Positions 1-11,563 of a stretch of 64,000 bases of DNA are shown here, in pieces (the stretch's first letter is position 1; each line of letters starts with the position of its first letter). The notes under the pieces were generated by a model. It was not told the DNA's origin. It saw only the letters and a list, made by a program, of their open reading frames with translations, and made no database searches. Origin of the DNA: Schizochytrium sp. TIO01 (taxonomy: Eukaryota; Protista; Bigyra: Labyrinthulomycetes); contig SMSO01000034.1 of NCBI GenBank assembly GCA_004764695.1, positions 4,464,001 through 4,528,000 of the forward strand, read 5' to 3'. The position numbers and the translations under genes were made by a program.

Positions 1-1520
1 TCATTGCAGTAGTAATAAACATTACCTCCCTACCTACCTGATGCAAGGACAGTCAGTATCAATGCAAGCAATGGATGACGGAAGTGGCGAAAGCGACGCG
101 AAGCATTTCACGCGAGAAACCCGTCTTTTCATAGCCCCCCCCCCCCCCCTATAGCACATCTAGAGGCCGTTGACTCTCCAAAGAGTGGTCGGTTTGATCG
201 CCACGAGTGGTCACGGTCTTCGATCATGCTGCAGCTAACAAGAACGTGACGATTGTGGACACGAATCACCCAAGTATTTATTCCCAAGTTCCTCCTGCAA
301 GAACCTCCCGATCTCGCCACCACTCCTTGCGAATTCTTCTCCTTCTTCTCGATGCGGCCTGCTATGATCTTCAAGAGTCGAGCAGCCAGCTGTCAGGTAT
401 CCTAGTTATCACCTGGCCTCTCGACTTCCATTGCCTCACTTATTATGTGTGTCATAAAGATCTTCTTATGCTGGTGCTGATCCCATTTTTATGTCCTATC
501 CACATGACGCTAGAGGCGCTCCATATGGCGCAATCATCTCAAAGCCAGAAGAGCATTGATAACCAAGTTCCCGTCACTTGATCTAAAGCACAGTAGCAAC
601 GGCTCGAGCTCAAGACAGTCCCCAACCAGTCGAGAAGGGTTTCATAGGCTGGCAACTCGACTGACGTTGAGTAGCAAGTTGATGATGCGAAAGATTTGGT
701 CTGGAGCAGTAACCCATAAGCCTTCCATTGGAATGGAGGTAGGTCGCTTTTATTTCCTAAGAGTACCTACTATTCAAATATAAATAAATGAAAAACAGAG
801 TAAAAGCGGACACAAACTGTGAACTAAGAATACCCGTTTTAACCATTTTGCAAAGACAACAGTCGAAGGTTGCCACCTGCCCAGCGTGTCACTCATGCCA
901 ACTCTCTAACTTCTCAAGCCCTTTATCCGTCTTGAGCGTGGTCAACAGTTTGAGCGACATGACGAGAAATACACCAGTTTGTGGATGAAGTAGATATGTA
1001 TCAATTGTTTCATCTCTTTTTATCCCACTCCATTTTCTACCTCAAGCTATGTCCCATAGCATAAAACCTGCATCGGAAGAACAGAGAATGTCAGAGAAAC
1101 TCAACCATTGAAACGAGCCAACTTGAAACTTCGAGGGTTCTAAAGAAAGTTCGATTGTTCGAAGCAGACTGTCAAATACACCTCAAACACCAAGTCATTC
1201 TTGTTGTCTTTCAATCGATCACTAAAAAAGAGACGATCGCTAGTGAGTACCTAAGGGTAACCCTAGCAAAGAGCTGGGCTGGCGGCGCACCTCGAGATAC
1301 TGGCTGGTCTGCAAAGGCTTCGACTTAAGGTTGTCATGTATGTAATTCAACCTTTGCACATCAAAACGCCGCAGTTCTGACATGAGAACCTGACGAGCAA
1401 GCGAGCAATTAGTGTAAGGAAAGAGCAGAAGATAGAAGCTCCGCGAATGAGAATCGAGGGGCGGCAGAAGAAAAGAGGTGAAAATCAGAGGAAGAAACCC
1501 GGAAAAGAAAACAGTTTTTC

Positions 1521-1548
1521 TTTGTTTGTTTGTTTGTTTGTTTATTTA

Positions 1549-1582
<34 letters not shown>
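1521..1582. repeat. Compound (TTTG)n/(TTTA)n/(TTGA)n microsatellite
   Basis: Directly visible tetranucleotide runs. Confidence 0.9.
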
Positions 1583-1583
<1 letters not shown>

Positions 1584-2363
1584 TTTTGCATAAATTGAAA
1601 GTTATGGTACCTTGTGAAAGAACTTCTTCCGCGCGGCGTGAACACTCTGGTAACCAAAACTCCTCGTTATCAGGTGCACCCTCCAAACGCGCCACAATGG
1701 AGCTCGAAGAGCTTGGGACAGAGCTTCTGCCAGCCGAGCGCAGTCTCCGTTCTAAAGTTCTTGAAACCCAAACTTTATTTCTCTTTACTCATAAAACAGC
1801 TTAATTAAAACAGCTTAATTAAAACTAAAAACCGATGATCATAAAACAAAAAATAAAACAAAAAAGTCTCTCCTTTCTCTTCCCAATTATTTTCGACTCG
1901 GGCAAAAACCCTCTGCATACTCCCGTATTTATATTTTAACTTTCTCCGTAACAATTTCCTCTCTGCTTATCAGCTTCACCGAAACTTCTTCACCTTTTTT
2001 TGTACTTTTCCCCCCTGCTTATCCGGATATTCCACCCTTCTTTCATAGCGTGTGCCTGCAAAAAACATACAAATACAAGTACTACACGACCCGGGAGTTG
2101 TCAGTAGTTTCTAAAGCTACTGACCTACGAGTTCATAAGAGTCATGATAAAGCAGGCGGAGTTTGGGAGGCGAGTCGAGTCGAGTTGAGACGAGCAGACC
2201 ATCAACCCAAAGACCGCGACGGAGACCAACGCTGCTCGCTACCTTCTCTGCGAATCGCATCGTGGGGTGGTTCCGAGTCGTCGCTGTAGAGGCTCGCCTC
2301 GTATAGCTGGAGGCCTTTGCAACGCACGGTTTGCTTTTGTAGGTCGTGGGCGGCCCGCTGGCG

Positions 2364-3671
2364 ATGCCCTTGTCCGTGGCGTCTGTGAACGAGCTATTAC
2401 ATTTTACTTCAGTTTTGACGGGACATTCCTTTGTGAACGACCAAGAAAGCGGCGCACAAAATCAAATCCAGGAGCACCACAGCTTAGGTTCAGGCAAGAT
2501 GATGAACGAAGTGATTACCTCGGAGCCTGACTTGCTAAAATGCAACACAATGCTGCTCTCCCTGGTGATTTTCCTTTTCCTCACGGGTGCAGGGCTCTCG
2601 TACACACTTGAAGTCGGCTGGAAGGGCGCCAAACTAGCTGCAGGAGTTGCAAACCGCCGCCGACTTCGTGTGAAGGTCCTTGCCTACGAGTGGTGGCTTG
2701 CGTTCCTTATTCACGCGATCCCATACAGATGGCTCTCTCAAATTTGGGGTCGTCTTACGCAGATGTCGCTTCCGAGGGGCATCAAGCAGATGGTTTACAT
2801 GGCATGGGCAAAGACCTTTAACTGCAACCTCGACGAAATGGCTCGCCCTCTGGAGGAGTATGACTCTCTACGTGAGTTTTTTCTACGCCCTCTCAAGCCT
2901 GGCGTGCGCCCTGTGGACCAGACTCCCGATTGCCTCGTGTCTCCGGTTGACGGCAAGGTACTTCACGTCGGAGCGGTGGCTTTGGATCGGGTCGGAGACC
3001 TCGTCCTTGAGCAAGTTAAGGGTATTCGGTACCATATCGAGAACTTTATTGGACCTCTTCCAGCTGGCTTCAACCAGAAACTCTGGGATGAGTCTATGGA
3101 GCGTGCCCTGGCAGACTTTGAGGCAATGTCAATGGCCAGCGAGATCAGTACTGTAGAGGCAATTGCTAAGAGTGGCCACGCTCTTCGAGTTATTGTTATT
3201 TATTTGGGACCTGGCGACTACCACCACTTTCACGCCCCTACGGAGTGGAATGTCCTGCAGCGCCGCCACTTCCCCGGCAACCTCTTGCCAGTCAAGCCCT
3301 GGGCTGCTCGCAACATCCCGGAGCTCTACTGCACCAACGAGCGCGTAGTTCTCAATGGACGCTGGAGACACGGATTCCTTAGCTTCTCTGCTGTGGGCGC
3401 TTTGAACGTGGGTTCTATTGATATTGCTTGCGAGCCAGACCTTGTGACAAACCAGGCAACCAAATGGCCCTTTCACTGCCCCCGTTCCACCTGCTCAGAG
3501 AAGAATTACGAGGAGGGTCAGACTTATTCCCCTTCGCGTGGAGACCGCATGGGCGCATTTAACTTGGGTTCAACTGTTGTAATTATTGCAGAGACCCCTG
3601 CTGACTATGACTTCACAGTGCATGAAGGTGATGTGGTGCGTATGGGCGAACTCATTGCGAAGCCTTTCTGA
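2364..3671 (+). CDS. PISD: Phosphatidylserine decarboxylase proenzyme (PSD1/PISD-like)
   Basis: Family motifs FFLRPLKPGVRP, LVSPVDG (catalytic Asp), IYLGPGDYHHFHAP (His), NERVVLNG, AVGALNVGSI and FNLGSTVV (LGST autocleavage/pyruvoyl site). Hydrophobic N-terminal anchor. Start is uncertain: first ATG is 2364, just after a TTTTGTAG acceptor-like site ending at 2342. Confidence 0.93.
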   Translation: MPLSVASVNELLHFTSVLTGHSFVNDQESGAQNQIQEHHSLGSGKMMNEVITSEPDLLKCNTMLLSLVIFLFLTGAGLSYTLEVGWKGAKLAAGVANRRRLRVKVLAYEWWLAFLIHAIPYRWLSQIWGRLTQMSLPRGIKQMVYMAWAKTFNCNLDEMARPLEEYDSLREFFLRPLKPGVRPVDQTPDCLVSPVDGKVLHVGAVALDRVGDLVLEQVKGIRYHIENFIGPLPAGFNQKLWDESMERALADFEAMSMASEISTVEAIAKSGHALRVIVIYLGPGDYHHFHAPTEWNVLQRRHFPGNLLPVKPWAARNIPELYCTNERVVLNGRWRHGFLSFSAVGALNVGSIDIACEPDLVTNQATKWPFHCPRSTCSEKNYEEGQTYSPSRGDRMGAFNLGSTVVIIAETPADYDFTVHEGDVVRMGELIAKPF

Positions 3672-4648
3672 TTATAAAAGCTTCTCGTGCTTCCCATTAC
3701 CAAATAAATAACAAGGCCGAGGATTTCCCAAATAATAAGCCTTTATATATATAGAGAGAAAACAAAAACAAAAAGCAGCGTGGCATCTCACTGAGTATTA
3801 GCCATTTCAAAGTACGCACAAACAAAACAAAAGTCACTATAAATCACAACACGCTCGTAATTTGCTTGAGACCATCCCTCCAGTATATCTTCTCCGCGTC
3901 AAGGTGGCAACGTTTTTTCGTTTCAAAGGTTTTCATAGAAGAGTAGAAAGTTCCACTCAGTGGAAAGGGACTAAACAACCACGGTACAATGTTCTTTTTT
4001 CGTGGAATAAGGTTATACAATTACGTATCAAAAACTCTCGAATGCTCTCAGTCGTCGTCTGCAAAACTACCGAGTTGTCTTTAGAATGTTGCTAGCTTAC
4101 GACGACCCTTCTATATGCCTCTTTCGGCGTGTTATCCTTGATCTTTCGCGGCTGTAGTGCAGACAGTAGATTAGTAAAAAGAAAAAAACTTCTTTTAATT
4201 CTTTCTATTTTTAGGTTCACCTACACATCCTCTCAAGTTGTTCACTTATTTCGCTGTTCGTTTGGTCGTAGTCTTGAAATGATTCCTACAATAGGGTTGC
4301 CGAGGCCCCACGTTTTCCTACCACAAGTTAATTTTTCTTCTCCTTGATGGTGGGGGGGCTTCATCTATCCACCGATTTTCCTTATCAATCGATTTTACTC
4401 TTTAACATAAAAAACAAATAAAAAAATGTTTTACTTTCATTCCTGGAGGGAAGAGGTGTAAATGGACAGAGAGTGAAGAAGTGCTGTAGAATGCTCTGCT
4501 CAAAGCTCTCGCTTTGGTAGATATTTGCATGCAAGATCTAATGCCATAGGTCTTCGTGCCTCTCGCCCTGCATCGCAGTGGCCACCAAACAGTGCCTAGG
4601 TCTCCATTAAGGTAGGGAAGCAAGCTGGACTTCCTTTGCAAATGAATG

Positions 4649-4649
<1 letters not shown>

Positions 4650-4694
<45 letters not shown>
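4650..4694. repeat. (GAAA)n microsatellite
   Basis: About 11 tandem GAAA units. Confidence 0.9.
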
Positions 4695-6012
4695 TCTTTC
4701 ACAACGCTTCTACAGGTAGAGGGATTACACGTGCGTGCCCAAATGATGGGTGTCTTCGCAGCTTGGATCTCATGAAATGCGCAGCCAACTTGGCATTGCC
4801 GCGCCAATAGAAAGCTGGGGTCAGACATATTCTCGGTGCTGGTGTCTTCGAAGGCTCGAGCGATTTCCAATGAATTCGTTTTCGCAAACTTCCTGGACAT
4901 CGTAACACTGATTAAGCTCATGTAGAATTCATTCCTCTGTTCGCTGCTGCTCGCGGTCTTCGCGGCCCATCAGTGGCAGCAGAATCCTCGCAGGAAATGG
5001 CATTCAGGCACCTGCAGACTTTGCGTGGTACCCAAGTATGCAGAAGAGACTCTCGATGATTAGCTAGCTACCTCATGACCAAAATGGAATGTCAATTTGC
5101 GTTGACGTTGAAATTCATTGCCTATTCTGTGGTGAGGCTTGCGTCACCGTCGATGCCGCGTAGGTGTTTGTTTGATCGATTGTGGATTTGACACGCACAG
5201 CGGTGAGCTCCTCTTTGACGAAACCCTGAGCCTGGCCACGCGCGATGATTTATTCCCTGGTTGCATTCTTGTGCGGACAGGCTACTTGAACTGGTGAATG
5301 CTGTGGATGATTAGATTACACTTTAAGACGTTTGGCATCACTACAGCACAAGTTGGAGAGAACACGATGGAGGTGAGCACGAGGACTCGCTCGCTCGCTC
5401 GCTCGCTCGCTCAACTTGCCTGTATCGTCCCATTTGTTGTCAGCAACATCAAAACATTCACACTGCCTCGTTCAAGTTGTGTGCAGTATCACCCGCGATT
5501 TAAGGAATGGTGACGACGGACAGTCTTCGAAGCTCACTTAAAATTAACTCACTCTTCGGGTTTGACGATTGATCAAAAACATTCCCTGAGAGTCGCCAAT
5601 CTCTGTAATTTCACTTCTCCTCAGTCTTGATTCATTTCTCGAATCGTTTCCTTCTAGATGAGCAGATAGGTAAGTAAGTACCTTGGAACTTGGACTCTGT
5701 TGTCATCGCAAGGCAGGTAAGTCTAGGTAGGTATGCAATCGCGAGGAGGTCTTTACCTCCCACGTACCAATTGCGAACATGAAGACGGCTTGGAGAGCTG
5801 GCAAGTCCAAGTCAAGGCCCCTGAGTACTTGCTTATCCACTCACCACCTGCTTTCATATTTACATGTGCACGTATTCACGTCCTGTCTGCAGGTGTTGCT
5901 GATTCTTTATTCCTCGCTCCAATTACATTTCAGGAAATAGGAAATACCTCGCTCATTGAATTAAGTGAAATGAGGAATGAAGCCAAGAAATAAGGAAGTC
6001 AATGTCTAAGGT

Positions 6013-6100
6013 CTAAAGCACTAAAGCACTAAAGCACTAAAGCACTAAAGCACTAAAGCACTAAAGCACTAAAGCACTAAAGCACTAGAGCACTAAAGCA
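6013..6100. repeat. (CTAAAGCA)11 octamer minisatellite
   Basis: 11 tandem units, one variant (CTAGAGCA). Confidence 0.95.
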
Positions 6101-6737
6101 AATGATGCGTGAATAATGAAATAAATACCTACTATAACAAACTAAGTAGGCAGGTAGGTATGCCTATCTGAATAGAATAGTACGTACATGAATAACAAGA
6201 CTAAGAAAGCAACACTCCATAGTAATGATATGGCGATCACTACACTCCTCCTCTTCGAAACCTCGATCAATCGCGCAATCCAGGGAGGAAGAAACCCGCA
6301 CTCTTCGCGAGAACCGCCGCACTGAGGCCTGAGGAGGTCTGAGGGGGGGCGGCAGCGAGGGAGAGGGGGTCTGTGGACGTGGGGAAGCAGCAGTATTGAG
6401 GCTTGCAGGGTCGACAGGAAGGGCCAAGAAGTGAAAGCCTACAGACAAGAAGTACTGTTTTCTCATTGCGTCGGTACCTGGACACACGTAGACTCCGTAA
6501 GCACTGCAGGTCTAGTGTACCTTCCCTGCATAACACAAGCTAAGATAGCGTGCTGGCGGAGTGTATTTGCGGGGTCTACTTAAGGAGCGAGTCGAGTTAT
6601 TTCTGGCATTGGGTTTTGTCCATATTTTGCGAAAAGCAAGAATCATAATTGCGACCCTGTTAAAGGGGCTGACACCGACAACCAAAGGACTAGCGCCTAT
6701 TGCGTTGATTGAAAAAACTTGTTCACGCTAGCTGACC

Positions 6738-8030
6738 ATGACAGGGAGCAATAATCCAACCGTGACAAATAATTCTGCCAAGTTTGGTGCGGAGAGCAGT
6801 GTTGTGTTTCAGAGTGCTGTAGAGCATGTTCGCAAGGCAAAATCTATGAAGAGCTCGGACTCAGACAAACTGCAGTTCTATTCGCTATTCAAGCAAGCTA
6901 CGGAAGGGGATTGCCGCTCACCAGCTCCGTCACGATTCAGTGTGGTTCAGTATGCAAAGTGGAAAGCTTGGCATGACCTTCGCGGCATGTCCAAAATCAG
7001 AGCCATGCAGACATATGTCGCACTTGTGCAAACTCTTGATGCTAGCTTCAAGAGCGAGACTGGCATGCCACTGAACAAAATGCACATGGTAAACAACGCA
7101 TACAGCAAAAGCAGTTCCGTGGTATCACCAAGCAAACATTCGGACTTGTCGGAGCCTTTAAAACCTGCACCCAACTCCTCGCCATCTGCATTCTTGCTAA
7201 CAGTTGTCGCGGGTCTTGCTGTCAGCGCCATAGGTGTCTGTGGCTTCCTCATGAGTACATTGAGCCCAACAGCTTTAACCTTTTTAATGCTTATTGTTGC
7301 AGGGCTAATGGGCATCGTGGGGGCCTTTGCAGCCCTTCTCGATACGAACGGTCTCATTGCGCTGTACCCTAATATTATGCAACGCATTCTTTTGGACAAA
7401 ACACTTGTGGAAGTCATTTTGGAGGGCACGATTATGACCCGCATCCGCAATTTCATGACAGAAGTTTATCCACTCATTTATTGCAAGACAGAAGAGGACC
7501 GCCTTGAGGTCCTGTCTAACATGTCGGATCGTACTCGGAAGCTCATGACCACACGTGGAGTTGTCAACTTGCTTCCGGCGTGGCAACAGCGCCTTACTCT
7601 TTCGAGTCAAGAATATAATCGCCAACAAACTAAGTTGCACTCTACTGAAGCATTTCGCCCTGCTGTGGATGTCCAGCCCGATGGCCAGCGCCGTCCTAAT
7701 GAGAGTAAACCACGTCTTGAACAACAGGTGAAGCTCGCAAGCAAACTTTTAACACGATCAATCCAAGATCGGGCATCGGCATGGATTCTCAATTCTGTCA
7801 ACCCTCAAATCTGCAAGGGCCTATCTCTTGCCCTAGCTGGTTCTGTTTTGTTCCGGTTGCGTTCTAATGCCCAACACCGGCGCGCCCTTTTGTCTTATTT
7901 TAGCCACAAATCCTTTGCAAGTTCTGCTATAGGCGCTGTCGTCTTTGCCGTGTTTGCTATTTTGCATCAGCTTGCTCGCCGTTACCACCTTCGTCGTCAA
8001 TTGCAGCTACAAGTGCAACACCGCAAATAA
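6738..8030 (+). CDS. Acyl-CoA-binding (ACB) domain protein with transmembrane segments
   Basis: N-terminal ACB signature KLQFYSLFKQATEGDC...KWKAWHDLRGMSKIRAMQTYV. Two hydrophobic helices at about aa 150-205 and two more near the C-terminus. Confidence 0.9.
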   Translation: MTGSNNPTVTNNSAKFGAESSVVFQSAVEHVRKAKSMKSSDSDKLQFYSLFKQATEGDCRSPAPSRFSVVQYAKWKAWHDLRGMSKIRAMQTYVALVQTLDASFKSETGMPLNKMHMVNNAYSKSSSVVSPSKHSDLSEPLKPAPNSSPSAFLLTVVAGLAVSAIGVCGFLMSTLSPTALTFLMLIVAGLMGIVGAFAALLDTNGLIALYPNIMQRILLDKTLVEVILEGTIMTRIRNFMTEVYPLIYCKTEEDRLEVLSNMSDRTRKLMTTRGVVNLLPAWQQRLTLSSQEYNRQQTKLHSTEAFRPAVDVQPDGQRRPNESKPRLEQQVKLASKLLTRSIQDRASAWILNSVNPQICKGLSLALAGSVLFRLRSNAQHRRALLSYFSHKSFASSAIGAVVFAVFAILHQLARRYHLRRQLQLQVQHRK

Positions 8031-9256
8031 TTAAACTTACATGAGATCAACGTTCTCCCATGTGTACACTGAAAGCCTTTGCTGCTTCATCCGGTGAGCA
8101 TGATCCACTTCTCTATCTATCACAACTATATAGTAAGTTATCATGACATCGAAAACTCCTTTAGACAATTTCTCTTTTTATTTTCTCTCTTTCTTATATC
8201 CCTAAGTTCTCAAAATTTGTTTCTTCTCACTCCTAAGTAAGCTTTTGGTCTATAAATACATCAGTTGCTCTATTCATGCGAAGTATACTTCTACATACAT
8301 TAGACAAAAATATTCGATTCAATATTAAGAACCATTTTACACGATTGTGATCCAGTCAGAGTTATACCTTCTGACTCTTCGCAAGATATTTCAGCCCCGT
8401 GTTTTTCTATCTTTAAATTCGTTTTTGAGGCAACTCGACCCTTTCATGATAGTTTTTGGCCAGTAAAATGATGAGGGGGCTCGCTAGTCAGAGAAAACTT
8501 ACTGCGCAGACATTTTTTCATTTCTCAATGTGTTCGGTATATGCTGCAATAATGGGACTGTTGTTTCAAAAATCTAAAGAAAGGACAAGTAAATTTAGGT
8601 TTACGGTTGCCACCTTGTGACTACTGGCTTTCAAAGCTCTGCGATCCTGGAACATAATAACAAAGATAAATGAATAGGCCAAGATAAGATCGGGTAAGAG
8701 GAGAGGGGACAAAACACAGTCAAAACAATTGTGAAGATCAGCTTGTGTCACAAGGCTGTATAGTTTAAACTAGTACATTTTTTTTCAAATTATTCTTTCA
8801 AGCTGGGTATTCCGCGCGCAAAATAGTTAAAGAAAGAATGCTCTTGCCTGGTGTCCAGTAATTAGACAATCAGACATATCATTGGCGCTCAAGCGAGTCT
8901 AGTGTCATATCCATCAATAGCTCGTTCTGAAAATCATTAGAAACTTTCAGTTTGAGTTAAACTGTGATAAATAGACTGCTTCTACTTGACTCTTACGCCT
9001 CATACAAGGATGGTAATGGCCCATTGATAAAACTTGGAGCTTTGCTAGAATTTCGCGCTCAAGTGTTTAGCGTAACAAAAGAAGTTTTTCCATTTTGTTC
9101 ACTCCCAACCGCTTTTACACAAACCCATGACGTTGTTTGTAGTTTTTTGTTTTTTTATATTTAATATGTTCTCTTTTCTTTTCTTACCAATTTTTCCGTA
9201 TGGAAATGTCAAGAACTTATGGCGGCCGCTTTCACACCTGCTTATTGTATATAATA

Positions 9257-11563
9257 TCAGAATGATACTCGTCCAGAGTGGTTATTGCTATGGAAAATAT
9301 AGCTCGGCTTTGCTGCAGCAGAAACAGTTTCGCGCTGCAATGATGCCCTTGGGTGCACTATGTCCCCGTTTGCACACGAATGAAGCACCGCCATTCTCGA
9401 CACTTGCGATGTTAACTCCGGAGAGTTTTTCTTTCTCATGGTCTCAATCCCGGATGCGTCTCTTGTCTGGTGAAGATAGCCTTCATCCTGGCGCGGCTGG
9501 TGAGATTTGAGTTTCTTATTATGCTCTGTGGCAGGCTCTGCTACGTATGCAGTGGCTTGCTTTCGTGGCCGACCATGCGAAGTGAACAAAGTAGTCTCAG
9601 AATCAGCACTAGAAGATCCTTGCCCAGAATGTGAAGATGTTGTCGCGTTCTTGGTAGAGGTTGAGGTTGAGGTAGCACTTCCTAACGATGTGGGTGCGTA
9701 CCGTTTTCTATTACCATGGGGCGTGAGATCTTTAGCTACCACGGAAAACCTTTTGGGGTTGACCTTCTCGGCAGATTGAGAGACCTTACCAGATGATCGA
9801 CGGTGTTCGTTCGTTGATCTCCTTCCACGTGAAAATAATGGAGAAGCAGAAGGGCGAAGCTTTTTGTTGTGTACAGATGCAGGTTCCGCAACAAAGATCT
9901 CTCGCGGTTTAACTGCACGTCGACTTGAGGTAACAACGGCAGGAGAGGCAGTTTCTGGCTTGTTGAGCGTTGAGGGCCTTGATACTTTACCGAAATGATT
10001 TTTGTCCTTTGCTTCTTCATTTCTTTCAGTAGAGGGGCTTGCAAGGGCAGAAAAGGTCTCTGAAGAGCGCCGCGTAAGCTTAGGCTTTTTCAATTTCCTT
10101 TCTTTGGTAGTACTAGACGGGGTCGAGTGCTCCCGAAGCTTCTTGTTGTGAACTGTGGCGGGCTCGGCAACAAAAATATCTCGAGGTTTCACAGGTCTCC
10201 TTCCTACTTTCTCAATAGTTGATGATGGTACTGGTGCCGGGGTTTGTTGTGTAGAAGAAGAAGAAGAAGAAGATGGATTCTCTTTCCCAGTATCTCTCAA
10301 GGCTTCCTCGTAGCGTCGTTTCTTACCTACAGAAGGGGTATGCAATTTTTCAGGAGTCAAATCTGTGGACTCAGTCTTTGCATTGTGCGCAAAATTATTG
10401 CAACTAGCTGGTCGTACAGAACGAGCAGATAATCTGGAGGATGCTGGGGTTGACCCGCCCCGAAGCTTTTTGTTCAGAGTAGTTGCAGGCTCCGCGACGT
10501 AAATGTCTCGACTTTTCACTGAACGCCGGCCAAGTTCGATAACTACGGGAGTTGGCGAGCATGAATACGTTGCAAGAGAACGAAGAGCTCGTGAGCCTTT
10601 GCCCTTACGCTTCTTTGACGCTTGACTCGACTCATCATGGCGATTGCTTTGAGAATGGTCACTGCTTGAGATGTTCATAGTCTCGATCGGCTTTGGGTGC
10701 AAGACTGGCACGCGATCTTCTTCCGAAGTTGGTGTCGCGTGGTACTGTTTTGACTTTCCATCGCTGGAGGTTGAACGAACAAGAGATGATTTTTTGCTAT
10801 GACTTCTCGCGTTAGGAGCACCCTTCAAATCTCGAGTTCGGGACGCAGAACCTCGAATTTTTTTGCTAATCCCCTTCACAGGTCCAGCCACAGAACCATC
10901 TGCTGGTTTCGCCGGAGGATTGCAGCCAGAGAATTTCAAAGAAGAGCCTGCGCTTGAGGTTCGGCTAAATTTATCTTTAGAATGCAGTCGCTGGGTCTGA
11001 ATCAGATAATTTGGATTTGGCTCTTGTCTTGCCTGTTGATTGGTTTTAACATCCACCCGAGCAGCAATAGAACAAGTTGCGTTGGAGGACTCAGAGCAAA
11101 AGGGAAGAAGGTCTTCGCGTGTGAATTCATTATTGGAATTCATAACCTTTTCAGAAGTGGGTTTCATTTCCCTCCAACGCAGTCCGTCACAAGAAGGCAT
11201 GATGTTATGATTGTTATGCAAAAGTGAAGGTTTTGCAACATGAAGCTTGTCTTCCGTGGATTCTGATGAGGAAGAACGCGAGATAGGCTTTGTATTAAAG
11301 CTTGTAAGAGCGTCGAAATTAATACGACGTTCAGGGAGGTTTGTCTGTTCCAAAGTTTCCAGAACGGTTGAATTAGAACCTCCAGCACAATAGAAGGTGC
11401 TCAGTTGCTTCTGGAGGGCCTGATAATCAGGTGAATGAGATGATGTTATAACAAAAGCGGGCTGTGGTACACTGCTGGGAGAACTTTGTAAGGGAGCCAA
11501 AGACCCGTAGGATATGGTTGTTGAACTCCTACGCGAGGAAGAAGATTGATTGTTCGTGCTCAT
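9257..11563 (-). CDS. Ser/Lys/Arg-rich disordered protein with four ~24-aa repeats; probably the 3' part of the gene starting at 12756
   Basis: 768-codon open frame containing four copies of a GRRxVKxRxIxVAEPAxxxNKKL-like motif. Its ATG overlaps the upstream ORF stop (ATGA). Confidence 0.75.
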   Translation of the reverse strand: MSTNNQSSSSRRSSTTISYGSLAPLQSSPSSVPQPAFVITSSHSPDYQALQKQLSTFYCAGGSNSTVLETLEQTNLPERRINFDALTSFNTKPISRSSSSESTEDKLHVAKPSLLHNNHNIMPSCDGLRWREMKPTSEKVMNSNNEFTREDLLPFCSESSNATCSIAARVDVKTNQQARQEPNPNYLIQTQRLHSKDKFSRTSSAGSSLKFSGCNPPAKPADGSVAGPVKGISKKIRGSASRTRDLKGAPNARSHSKKSSLVRSTSSDGKSKQYHATPTSEEDRVPVLHPKPIETMNISSSDHSQSNRHDESSQASKKRKGKGSRALRSLATYSCSPTPVVIELGRRSVKSRDIYVAEPATTLNKKLRGGSTPASSRLSARSVRPASCNNFAHNAKTESTDLTPEKLHTPSVGKKRRYEEALRDTGKENPSSSSSSSTQQTPAPVPSSTIEKVGRRPVKPRDIFVAEPATVHNKKLREHSTPSSTTKERKLKKPKLTRRSSETFSALASPSTERNEEAKDKNHFGKVSRPSTLNKPETASPAVVTSSRRAVKPREIFVAEPASVHNKKLRPSASPLFSRGRRSTNEHRRSSGKVSQSAEKVNPKRFSVVAKDLTPHGNRKRYAPTSLGSATSTSTSTKNATTSSHSGQGSSSADSETTLFTSHGRPRKQATAYVAEPATEHNKKLKSHQPRQDEGYLHQTRDASGIETMRKKNSPELTSQVSRMAVLHSCANGDIVHPRASLQRETVSAAAKPSYIFHSNNHSGRVSF

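Noticed and set aside
207-988. Short ORFs at the window start and at 4.6-5.9 kb
   Set aside because: No recognisable domain; at most decayed coding DNA.
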